Source: Phycicoccus sp. (GTDB lineage: Bacteria > Actinomycetota > Actinomycetes > Actinomycetales > Dermatophilaceae). Taken from it: a stretch of 64,000 bases of DNA. The stretch lies in the NCBI GenBank assembly GCA_039812375.1, contig JBDIAO010000003.1, forward strand, positions 10,949-74,948, given 5' to 3'. Each line of letters starts with the position of its first letter. Position 1 is the stretch's first letter. The notes under the pieces are model-generated. The model was not told the origin of the DNA. It did no database searches and saw only the letters and a program-made list of their open reading frames with translations. Shown here piece after piece: positions 28,101 to 36,713 of this stretch. A program made the translations under genes and the position numbers.

Positions 28101-29563
28101 CCTCCCCGCTGCAGGGCTCGGTCCCGTTCCCGGTGGCGGCACCCGCCGCCCTCGCCAACCCGGTGTTGCGCCGCAACCTCGCCCATGCCACCTCGGTCAT
28201 CCGCGGCAAGCGGGCCGCCGCGATCGCCGAGCTGCCCGACTGGGAGGAGCTGCGCACCACCGCGGCAGCTATCAAGGACGAGGTGCTCACCCGCCTGCCC
28301 GAGCTCCTCATCGAGCTCGAGGACAACGTCGTGGCCGCCGGTGGCACCGTGCACTGGGCCCACGACGCCGCCGAGGCCAACCGGATCGTCACCGACCTGG
28401 TCCGGGCCACCGGGGCCGACGAGGTGGTCAAGGTCAAGTCCATGGCCACTGCGGAAATCGGGCTCAACGACCATCTCGCCGCACACGGCATACGGGCCGT
28501 TGAGACCGACCTTGCCGAGCTCATCGTCCAGCTCGCCCACGACCAGCCGAGCCACCTCCTCGTACCGGCGATCCACCTCTCCCGCACCGAGATCCGTGAG
28601 GTCTTCCGGCAGAACATGGAGGGCGTCGACCCGGATCTGAGCAGCCAGCCTCAGGAGCTCACCATGGCGGCCCGGGCCCACCTGCGGGAACGCTTCCTGC
28701 GGGCCCGGGTCGGCATCAGCGGGGCGAACTTCGCCATCGCGCAAACCGGGACCTTGTGCGTGGTGGAGTCCGAGGGGAACGGACGGATGTGCCTGACCCT
28801 GCCCGACACGCTCATCACGGTCATGGGGATCGAGAAGCTGCTGCCACGCTGGGAGGACCTCGAGGTCTTCCTCCAGCTGCTCCCCCGCTCCTCGACCGGG
28901 GAGCGGATGAACCCCTATACGACCTTCTGGACCGGGACGAGGGCGCACACCGACGGCTCGGACGGTCCGAGCGAGTTCCACCTCGTCCTGCTCGACAACG
29001 GGCGCACCGACGTCCTGGCCGACAACACCGGGCGCGCTGCCCTGCGCTGCATCCGGTGCTCGGCCTGCCTCAACGTCTGCCCGGTCTATGAACGGGTCGG
29101 TGGACACACCTACGGGTCGGTCTATCCCGGCCCGATCGGGGCGATCCTCTCCCCGCAGCTGACCGGGATCACCGGCCGGTCAGTCAATGACGCCCTGCCC
29201 TACGCCTCCTCGCTGTGCGGCGCGTGCTTCGAGGTGTGCCCGGTCAAGATCGACATCCCCTCAGTCCTGGTCGAGCTGCGCGCCCAGCACGTCGAGGCTC
29301 GACAGGCATCGGGTCCAGGACTTCGGGTCCCCGATGCCGAAGCAGTGGCCATGGGGACCGCAGCCTGGGCGATGCGTGACCCGCACCGATTCGCCGCGGC
29401 CATCCGGGCCTTGCGCATGGGCCGCCCACTGGTGCGCGACGGTGCGCTGCGCGGTCCGTTCGGCGCGCTGCTCACCGGCTGGACCCGCTCCCGGGCGGTC
29501 CCGGAGCTTCCGGCACAGACCTTCCGAGAGTGGTGGGCCGGCAGGGAGGAGAGCCATGAGTGA
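28097..29563 (+). CDS. lutB: iron-sulfur cluster-binding protein LutB
   Basis: 488 aa from GTG 28097 (GTGA overlap). LUD-type domain plus two ferredoxin motifs: CIRCSACLNVCP and CGACFEVCP. Confidence 0.9.
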   Translation: MTSPLQGSVPFPVAAPAALANPVLRRNLAHATSVIRGKRAAAIAELPDWEELRTTAAAIKDEVLTRLPELLIELEDNVVAAGGTVHWAHDAAEANRIVTDLVRATGADEVVKVKSMATAEIGLNDHLAAHGIRAVETDLAELIVQLAHDQPSHLLVPAIHLSRTEIREVFRQNMEGVDPDLSSQPQELTMAARAHLRERFLRARVGISGANFAIAQTGTLCVVESEGNGRMCLTLPDTLITVMGIEKLLPRWEDLEVFLQLLPRSSTGERMNPYTTFWTGTRAHTDGSDGPSEFHLVLLDNGRTDVLADNTGRAALRCIRCSACLNVCPVYERVGGHTYGSVYPGPIGAILSPQLTGITGRSVNDALPYASSLCGACFEVCPVKIDIPSVLVELRAQHVEARQASGPGLRVPDAEAVAMGTAAWAMRDPHRFAAAIRALRMGRPLVRDGALRGPFGALLTGWTRSRAVPELPAQTFREWWAGREESHE

Positions 29564-30194
29564 GGCTCGCGACGAGGTCCTCGCCCGGATCCGCCGGGCC
29601 CTCGGGCCCTCCCCGACCGTCCCCGAGGTCCCCCGCGGGTATCGACGGCGAGGTGTTCGCTCGCCACGGCAGCGCCGGACCGTGTTCGCGCAGCGGCTGA
29701 GCGACTACCGGGCGACGGTCGCCCTCTGCGGCTGGTCCGAGCAGGAGATCGCCGCGGCGCTGTCTGCCGTGCTCGGCGACCACGGCATCCGCTCCGTCGT
29801 CGCACCGCCACTGGTGGCCAGCGCCTGGCTCGGACAGGCTGCCCGAGACGGGGTCAGCGTCACGGTTGACACTGGTCAGGTGAGCACTGCCGCCTTGGAC
29901 CGGGTCGGGGCCGTGGTCACCGGGGCCGCTTTGGGGATCGCCGAGACCGGAGTCGTCGTCCTCGACGGTGGAGCCTGGTGCGGACGGCGCGCAATCACCT
30001 TGGTGCCCGATGTGCACGTGTGCGTCGTCCCCGGGGACCACGTGGTCGACACCGTCCCCGAGGCGGTCTCCCGGCTTGATCCGACCACGCCGCAGACGTG
30101 GATCGCCGGCCCCAGCGCAACCAGTGACATCGAGCTCGACCGGGTCGAGGGTGTGCACGGCCCCCGCACCCTCATCGTCATCCTGGCCGGCTGA
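29556..30194 (+). CDS. lutC: lactate utilisation protein LutC (LUD domain)
   Basis: 212 aa from ATG 29556 (8-nt overlap with lutB). MSEARDEVLARIRRAL...GIAETGVVVL...SATSDIE. Confidence 0.85.
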   Translation: MSEARDEVLARIRRALGPSPTVPEVPRGYRRRGVRSPRQRRTVFAQRLSDYRATVALCGWSEQEIAAALSAVLGDHGIRSVVAPPLVASAWLGQAARDGVSVTVDTGQVSTAALDRVGAVVTGAALGIAETGVVVLDGGAWCGRRAITLVPDVHVCVVPGDHVVDTVPEAVSRLDPTTPQTWIAGPSATSDIELDRVEGVHGPRTLIVILAG

Positions 30195-30249
30195 GCAGGA
30201 GCGCGAGCCCAGCCCGGGACCTCCATGGGACCGCTCGGCGTCAGGCGGG

Positions 30250-30537
30250 TCAGCGGGAGAGCAGGTCGCCATAGTCCGGGTGGCCGCTGATCCACCACCG
30301 GACGAAGTCGCACACAGGGTCCACCGACCTGCCACCCTGGGCCCGCACATCGTCGAGGGCACGCCGCACGAGTGCCCCTGCGATGCCCCGGCCACCGTAT
30401 GCCGGGTCCACCTCGGTGTGGGTCAGTGCGACTCGGTCCTGTGTGACGCGATAGCGGAGCCACCCCACGAGGATGCCGTCGACCCGAGCTTCGTAACGTG
30501 CGGCGGCAGGGTTGTCGTCGATGAGTGGGTCAGCCAC
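30250..30537 (-). CDS. small GNAT-family N-acetyltransferase (YjdJ-like)
   Basis: ARYEARVDGILVGWLRYRV...THTEVDPAYGGRGIAGALVRRALDD matches the roughly 95-aa GNAT_2 type. The start is uncertain: GTG 30537 is preferred, and the ORF extends to 30615. Confidence 0.6.
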   Translation of the reverse strand: MADPLIDDNPAAARYEARVDGILVGWLRYRVTQDRVALTHTEVDPAYGGRGIAGALVRRALDDVRAQGGRSVDPVCDFVRWWISGHPDYGDLLSR

Positions 30538-30615
30538 GGCGAGGACGCTACGCCGTGGGTCGATGTGAGATCCACTGGGAACGGCAACTGCATCACAACT
30601 TGGCATCGACATCAC

Positions 30616-30628
30616 GGATTCCGAATCC
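30616..30628. promoter_or_regulatory. perfect inverted repeat GGATTC-C-GAATCC
   Basis: Read directly. It lies about 35 nt upstream of the -35 element above. Confidence 0.3.
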
Positions 30629-30662
30629 TTCGATCAGGAATAGACCGGTATCCGTCGTTATC

Positions 30663-30692
30663 TTGACCTATTCACTACGGAATGGGTATCAT
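30663..30692 (+). promoter_or_regulatory. sigma-A-like promoter TTGACC-18 nt-TATCAT upstream of the aminotransferase gene
   Basis: TTGACC at 30663-30668 and TATCAT at 30687-30692. It sits in a locally AT-rich patch. The predicted TSS near 30698-30700 coincides with an in-frame GTG (30698), so a leaderless alternative start is possible. Confidence 0.4.
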
Positions 30693-30745
30693 CGCTCGTG
30701 CGGAACATCACACCCCCTTCATCCTCACACCGCAGGAGTCCTTAC

Positions 30746-32152
30746 ATGGCGACCCCCAGTTGGCCAGCTCACGACCCGGCCACCCGGCGCAACGTCCCGA
30801 CCTCGTCGACCCCGCTCAACCACGATCGTGTGGAGAAGCTCCTCGCCGCAGAGTGGGAGAACTTCACCAAGAACACGCCCGCCTCGGGTACTCACAACGT
30901 GGAGTCTGCCAAGACCATGCCGCTCGGCGTGACCTCCTCCTTCCAGTACTGGGACCCATACCCCATCTCGGTCGCCAAGGCTCGCGGCGCCTACCTCACC
31001 GACGTCGACGGACGCCAGCTCCTCGACCTGTCGATGGGCTTCGGGGCCATGCTCGTCGGTCACCTCAACCCGACCGTCGTGGACTACGTCAAGGACGCTC
31101 TGGACAACGTCGGCACCCTGTTCGTCACTCCGTCACCGACCGCCAGTGATATGGCGGACCGGTTCACCCAACGGTTCGGCATCGACATGGTGCGCTTCAC
31201 CCAGTCCGGCACCGAGTCGCTCATGTATGCCGTCCGCACCGCCCGCGCGCACACCCAGCGCAAGGCGATCATCAAGATCGAGGGTGGCTACCACGGTGGC
31301 TACGACGCCCTGCAGGTGTCGGTCAAGCCGTCGCTCGACGAGGTCGGCCCGGCCGACGCCCCCACCCCCCAGGTGCCCTTCGACGTCGAGGCGGGCACGG
31401 TCTATGTCACGCCCTACAACGACCTCGACCGGATGCGCGCGATCCTCACCGAACACGGCAGTGAGATCGCCTGTGTCGTCATGGAGCCGGTCCTGGAGAA
31501 CATCGCCATCGTCGTCCCGGACGAGGGCTACCTCGCCGGTGTGCGCGCCCTGTGCGACGAGTTCGGCGTCGTGCTCATCTTCGACGAGGTCAAGACCGGG
31601 CTCACGGCGGGTCACGCCGGCGCCTCCCAGCGGCTCGGTGTCCAGCCCGACCTGATCACCTTGGCCAAGTCCATCGGTGGCGGTCTGCCCCTCGCTGCGT
31701 TCGGCGGCAAGCGCGAGGTCATGTCGGCCGTCGTCGACGGCCGGATGGCCCACTTCGGCACCTACAACGGCAACCCGCTCGTCATGGCTGCCGCCAAGGC
31801 CGTCGACGAGATCTGCACCAAGGAGGCCCTGGAGGCCGCCGAGGAGGTCAACGTCGGAGCCCTCAACGCCATCGACAACGTCATCCGCGAGTTCGAACTG
31901 CCCGCGCAGACCGTCTCCCTCGGCGTCAAGGGTTGCGTCACCTGGGCGACCACCCCGGTGCGCAACTACCGCGACTACAAGGCGACCGACTTCCGGATCG
32001 CTGAACTGTCCTGGTTGTGGGGCGTCAACCGCAACATCCTCACCCCGCCCGGACTCGACGAGCAGTGGCTCGTCTCCCTCGCGCACACGCGTGCGGACAT
32101 GGATGGACTGGTCAATCACTTCCGCGAACTCGCCGAGGCCGTCCGCGGCTGA
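30746..32152 (+). CDS. class-III (omega-type) aminotransferase / glutamate-1-semialdehyde-aminomutase-like
   Basis: 468 aa from ATG 30746, with GCAGGAG 8 nt upstream. FTQSGTESLMYAVRTAR, EGGYHG, and the PLP-lysine block LIFDEVKTGLTAG. Confidence 0.85.
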   Translation: MATPSWPAHDPATRRNVPTSSTPLNHDRVEKLLAAEWENFTKNTPASGTHNVESAKTMPLGVTSSFQYWDPYPISVAKARGAYLTDVDGRQLLDLSMGFGAMLVGHLNPTVVDYVKDALDNVGTLFVTPSPTASDMADRFTQRFGIDMVRFTQSGTESLMYAVRTARAHTQRKAIIKIEGGYHGGYDALQVSVKPSLDEVGPADAPTPQVPFDVEAGTVYVTPYNDLDRMRAILTEHGSEIACVVMEPVLENIAIVVPDEGYLAGVRALCDEFGVVLIFDEVKTGLTAGHAGASQRLGVQPDLITLAKSIGGGLPLAAFGGKREVMSAVVDGRMAHFGTYNGNPLVMAAAKAVDEICTKEALEAAEEVNVGALNAIDNVIREFELPAQTVSLGVKGCVTWATTPVRNYRDYKATDFRIAELSWLWGVNRNILTPPGLDEQWLVSLAHTRADMDGLVNHFRELAEAVRG

Positions 32153-32169
32153 GCAGCGACTCGCACCGA

Positions 32170-32205
32170 CCAGGGCGCGGGCGGCGGAAGCTGCCCGCGC
32201 CCTGG
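32170..32205. terminator. bidirectional hairpin terminator between convergent aminotransferase and patatin genes
   Basis: Perfect 13-bp stem CCAGGGCGCGGGC (32170-32182) / GCCCGCGCCCTGG (32193-32205) with a 10-nt loop. No U-tract, which is the I-shaped type common in high-GC actinobacteria. Confidence 0.55.
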
Positions 32206-32241
32206 CGCTGCCTGCCCTGCCTTGCCCTGAACTGGGCTCGG

Positions 32242-35200
32242 TCAGGAGGTGGGGGGCGCAGAGCCACCGCGCGCGGCGCCAGCCTGGGCCCGCGCGGCGT
32301 CCACCTGTTGACGCAGCCGCACCCCGCGCGGCTTGAGGTGCGGCATGAAGTGCGGCACGCCCTCACCCTGGTCGAGCCTCACCCACCAGCGGAAGGCCCG
32401 GTCCCGGTAGATGAGGTCGACCAGGTAGCTGTCGTCAGGAGTGAGCGCGCCTGGGGCGTTCGACGAGGAGCTGCCGAAGTCGGCGGCGGTGGCGACAAAG
32501 GGGGCCACTTCACCAGCCCGGCGGCACTCGTCTCGGCGGATGCTGGCCAGGACCCGCCAGGGCACGACGACCGGGACGATCACGGTGAGCACCACCCCGA
32601 GAACCACCGAGAGGGCTGCCAGGGAGCGGGCCCACAGCATCCCGGAGACGTCGGCTGGGTCCGTGATGAGGAACACCGCGACGGCGAGGTAGACCACCCC
32701 GTAGACCCAAGACCACCCCGCCTGCACACCCGCGGGATTGTCGACCCGCGGGAAGGACCACGTGGAGCCGGTGTCGGCGCGGACCTCCTGGAGCCGCTGC
32801 AGCGCGAAACCAGCACAACCCGCCAGCACGAATCCCGCGGCTGCCAGGACCACACCCGTCGCGATGCACCAAGCCAGGTGTTCGCGCAGCGCGGCATACA
32901 TCGTGGTCCAGCCCACCCCCACAGTCCAGGCTCCCAGTGCGAGCACGGCGACAACCGCAGCAAGCCGCCACCCCTCGCGCACGAGGAGCCGGGCCAGTCC
33001 ATGCACCCGACGGCGGGTTCCTTCGACGAGGTGTCCCAGGGTCGAGGCATTCGGGGCCGCCGGGGGTGGTAGTCCCATTCGGGTTGCGAGGGCGCCCAGG
33101 GCGGCATACGGACTACCCAATGCCGCCGGCAGCGAGCCGAGGAGCATGAGTCCCACTGCGAACAGGACGGCAGCGCCGACGACACCTACGCCGTGCACGG
33201 CACCGGCCAGATCCTGCCCGGTCCCCGACCGGATCCGGTCCACTGCCGCGGCGACGAGGGGCACGATGGGCGTGAGCAGGACGAGCCCGTGGAGCATCGT
33301 CCCGGACCGGAGCGCGCCATAGGCGAGGGCGAAGAGGAGCAGGCTGACCCCGACCAACCCAGCGGGTGCGGAGATACCGCTGGGCAGGGCTCCGAAGAGT
33401 GAGAGCACGACGAAAACCCCACCCAGGGCCAGCCCGAGCAGGGCCAACCCCTTGGCCAGCACAGCTCGCGAGGTGAGTCCGGTCATCGCCCAATAGCCGA
33501 CGAGCATGCCGCCACGCACAGCACGGGTGAGCGGGCGGAGCGCGCCGAGGCCGGAGCGGGCCGAGTCCAGAGTCGTCGCAGCCACGGCGGCAGCCGTCGT
33601 CGCAGAGCGCAGGAACAGGTCGCTGCTCACCTCTGCCTCCAGCGGCTCTCGCCCGATCCCGGCCCGGTCGAAGGCGGCGAGCACAGCCACCCGGTCGGCA
33701 GCTGCCACGGCCTCCGCCTCGTGCTGTTCGACGATTCTCGACACCCGGGTGACCAGGTCAGCGTTCTCGGCCAGGAAGAACTGTCCATGCGACCGGGCGT
33801 TGGCCCCGTCGGTCGCATCACCGGTGATCGCCTGGACCAGCGCCGGCAGGTCCGTGGGGGCCACGTCGAGGTGGATCGACCAGGCGAAGAGTGCGGCAAG
33901 CCCGGGCATTGCCGGCGAGAGGTCCCCGAGCTGGACACGGTCGACATCGAGGACGGCGGCCAGCTCATCGACCGCCCTGGCGCGCAGCTCGACGAAGCGC
34001 GGGTCGCCAGTCACCGGCGAGCCCTCGAAGAGGGTGCCGACGAGGTGATCCACGGTCGCGGTCGCCCGGTTCCGCGGGTCCTCACCGCTGGTGTCGGACA
34101 GGTAGCCGCTGAGGATCGCCGTCCGACGTAGCCGGGCTGGCTGGAGCACCGTCAAGGCGAGGACCGTGGCCGCGTCGAGCCGCCCCCAGATCCAGTCGTT
34201 GAGCCGCCAGGAGCGCTTGATGAACCCGCCGAAATGCTTGACCTGGAGGCCGCCGAGCTTGTCGGCTGCGCTGCGGGTGTAACGCATGAACGGGCTCTGA
34301 GTCTGGGCCGAGAGTTGGACGAGCTCGACCGGGATCGTCATGCCGGTGGCGGTCTCGTCGCCGAGTGCGGTTGTGGCCACCTCAAGCTGGAGCAGGCGGG
34401 TGAGCATAGCGTCGGCGGAGTTCTCCCCCACATTCAGGAACGTCGCCCAGGCTCCCAACCCTGAGTCGGCGACCAACGCGCGTGCAGCCGCCGCGCCGGG
34501 GTTGGCGCCCGGCCCGGCCGAGGTGGTCACCGCGACCAGGATCGGGACGATCCGCACCACCTGGGCCACGACTGCGTCGACGAGGGTCCTGATCTTCCCG
34601 CCCACTGACCCGGGGTCCGCGCGGATCCGGGTCAGCCACGCCATGAGCGCCCCCTGCACCTCATCGAACCGCTTCTGCGCCAGCGGCAGATCGCCGGTGG
34701 CTCGATGCACCGCGCCGGCCTCGGCCTGGGCGACCTGCCCGGCCAGGCAGTCCAGCCCGTCCCAGGACCCACCGAGCATACGGATGGCATAGCAGCCGAG
34801 CCGGAAGGCCCAGTAGGACTGGTTGGGTTCCAATGTGGACAGCACCGGATCGGTGTCCCAGGGGTCGTCGATCTCGCTGCGGGCCTGGGCGATGTGCTCG
34901 CCGGCCTCGGACACGACCTTGAAGGTGTCCGCGACAGTGTCGAAGTCCGCACCCGGCGGCAGCACCCAGACCAGCCGCCGGATCACATCGGCCGCAGCCT
35001 CCACGACCCGAGCCGCACCAGAGTCGCCCCACCCCCATCCGGGCCCAGCGTCCGGCTTCCCCGCCGTGGGCAGGGTGGCGGGGATGTAGGGCAAGCCACC
35101 CTGAATCCCGCTCGCCCGGGGCGCCGACATTGAGCCCGTTCCCTGCGCCGTGTCTGCGCCCCGGGACGGGTCGTCAAGCCACATCTGGGCCGACTCCGCC

Positions 35201-36573
35201 GCTCCCTGGATCCGCTCGTAGGTCCAAGATGCTGCCGCCGTGCGACGCTCGGGCGGCACCAGGGCCAGGGTCTGGAGCCGTCGCTGCGCCAGGTCTCGAG
35301 CCGCCCGCCAGATCCGCAACCGGCGATACTGCGCAAAGAGGCTGTCAGCCAGCTCCGCCACGGCCTGCGGGCTGCCCGAGGCGGCTGTCTCGAGGATGTC
35401 GCTGCGAGTTCCCCGCCGATCTGCCGCTGCTCGGTTGTGCTCCTCGATCTCCTCGACGAACGTCCGACCCCCCTGCGCACTCAAAGCACCGAGGACCTGG
35501 GTCATCGTCTCCCGCAACGTCGGCGGCTCGGTCAGCGCGTCCGGCGGATCCAGGCCGGGCTGCGGCGCGTGCGGATAGACCAGGAGGAGCACCCGCCGGA
35601 CTGGGCGCGCAGCCGGCATGGCCTGGATGGCGCGCAGGGCGTACTGGGTCGGGGTGTTGGCAAGCAGCCCTCCGTCGACGGCGAAGCGGGACCGGTCACC
35701 GGTGCGCGCCGGATCGCCCCAGGACTCCACGACCGTGGCCAGGTCGGGCCGCATACCCTGGTCCTCCAGGCTGCGAGCGCTGCGAGCCGGATCCTCGCCG
35801 ACGGGCAGGAACGTCGGCTCAAAGGCGAACGGGAAGCTTGCCGAGGCCCGCGCCGCCAAGGCCATGCGGGCTGCGGTCTCTCGGATCGCCCCCGGGGCGA
35901 ACGGGTCGGGAGTGGGAGCGCGGGTCCGTGGATCCACCCTCGGGATCGGCCACCTGCTCCACCGGAGCTGGGCCGCATGCAGCTCCTGGGGGAGCTGTTG
36001 GCCCAGCGCGTCAGTGGTCACGAGCTGGTTGCCGCGCAGGACGGTCGTGGCCATGGTCAGATCCATCGGGGCCTCGGCCGGGGAACGCCAGGCCAGGGGT
36101 GTGGCCATCGCACTCAGTGCCGCGTTGAGCTGCGGCAGGAAGTACTCGTCACCGCGCATGAGCGAGGTCGGTGCGCCCCGGAACGGCTGACGCAGCAGCG
36201 TCTCGATCTGGCCCTGCTCGATCCACACGTCCCGCAGGGCGCTGACATCCGCCCGGGCGTTCACCTGGGCCAGGGCCAGAGCCGCTCCGTTGATCCCGCC
36301 GGCCGAGGTCCCGGCGATCACGTCGGACCGCGCACTCGCGCCGGCGAGGCGGAGCATGAGCTGGTATGCCGCGGGTCCACCGCCACCTTGCCCAGCCTTG
36401 ATCAGCCGGTCCAGCTCAACGACCGCACCACCCATCCAGACCGCGAGGCTGACGCCGCCGTTGAGCACCACGGCGAACCGGATCTCCTCCGCCGGCACGT
36501 CGCGGTGATTCCGGCTGTGATTCCGGCTGTGATTCAGATGGGCAAGCAGGCTGCCCGTCCCGGCCGCGCCCAT
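32242..36573 (-). CDS. giant patatin-related phospholipase (TIGR03607/DUF3376-like) fused to a C-terminal polytopic membrane domain
   Basis: 1443 aa from ATG 36573. Gly-rich loop LNGGVSLAVWMGG (aa 37-49), nucleophile elbow GTSAG (Ser90), catalytic Asp FAVDGGLLANTP (Asp300). DUF3376-type block FGGFIKRSWRLNDWIWGRLDAA (aa 781-802). About 8 hydrophobic helices at aa ~1020-1340, then a soluble ~100-aa tail. Confidence 0.85.
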   Translation of the reverse strand: MGAAGTGSLLAHLNHSRNHSRNHRDVPAEEIRFAVVLNGGVSLAVWMGGAVVELDRLIKAGQGGGGPAAYQLMLRLAGASARSDVIAGTSAGGINGAALALAQVNARADVSALRDVWIEQGQIETLLRQPFRGAPTSLMRGDEYFLPQLNAALSAMATPLAWRSPAEAPMDLTMATTVLRGNQLVTTDALGQQLPQELHAAQLRWSRWPIPRVDPRTRAPTPDPFAPGAIRETAARMALAARASASFPFAFEPTFLPVGEDPARSARSLEDQGMRPDLATVVESWGDPARTGDRSRFAVDGGLLANTPTQYALRAIQAMPAARPVRRVLLLVYPHAPQPGLDPPDALTEPPTLRETMTQVLGALSAQGGRTFVEEIEEHNRAAADRRGTRSDILETAASGSPQAVAELADSLFAQYRRLRIWRAARDLAQRRLQTLALVPPERRTAAASWTYERIQGAAESAQMWLDDPSRGADTAQGTGSMSAPRASGIQGGLPYIPATLPTAGKPDAGPGWGWGDSGAARVVEAAADVIRRLVWVLPPGADFDTVADTFKVVSEAGEHIAQARSEIDDPWDTDPVLSTLEPNQSYWAFRLGCYAIRMLGGSWDGLDCLAGQVAQAEAGAVHRATGDLPLAQKRFDEVQGALMAWLTRIRADPGSVGGKIRTLVDAVVAQVVRIVPILVAVTTSAGPGANPGAAAARALVADSGLGAWATFLNVGENSADAMLTRLLQLEVATTALGDETATGMTIPVELVQLSAQTQSPFMRYTRSAADKLGGLQVKHFGGFIKRSWRLNDWIWGRLDAATVLALTVLQPARLRRTAILSGYLSDTSGEDPRNRATATVDHLVGTLFEGSPVTGDPRFVELRARAVDELAAVLDVDRVQLGDLSPAMPGLAALFAWSIHLDVAPTDLPALVQAITGDATDGANARSHGQFFLAENADLVTRVSRIVEQHEAEAVAAADRVAVLAAFDRAGIGREPLEAEVSSDLFLRSATTAAAVAATTLDSARSGLGALRPLTRAVRGGMLVGYWAMTGLTSRAVLAKGLALLGLALGGVFVVLSLFGALPSGISAPAGLVGVSLLLFALAYGALRSGTMLHGLVLLTPIVPLVAAAVDRIRSGTGQDLAGAVHGVGVVGAAVLFAVGLMLLGSLPAALGSPYAALGALATRMGLPPPAAPNASTLGHLVEGTRRRVHGLARLLVREGWRLAAVVAVLALGAWTVGVGWTTMYAALREHLAWCIATGVVLAAAGFVLAGCAGFALQRLQEVRADTGSTWSFPRVDNPAGVQAGWSWVYGVVYLAVAVFLITDPADVSGMLWARSLAALSVVLGVVLTVIVPVVVPWRVLASIRRDECRRAGEVAPFVATAADFGSSSSNAPGALTPDDSYLVDLIYRDRAFRWWVRLDQGEGVPHFMPHLKPRGVRLRQQVDAARAQAGAARGGSAPPTS
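36505..36535 (-). repeat. in-frame 12-nt tandem repeat (about 2.6 copies) near the 5' end of the giant patatin gene
   Basis: Plus-strand GTGATTCCGGCT x2 plus GTGATTC. It encodes NHSR-NHSR-NH at aa 14-23. Confidence 0.9.
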
Positions 36574-36713
36574 AGGTTCACACCCTTCTTCCGAGCCCAG
36601 AGTCCATCGTCTCGCCGCGGGTGCCTGTCTGTCACCGCTAACTCCAGGGCACTTGTGCCCGGTGTTGGCCGGTTGAGGGCCAGGCCGACCTCGACTCACC
36701 TACCATCACCGGT

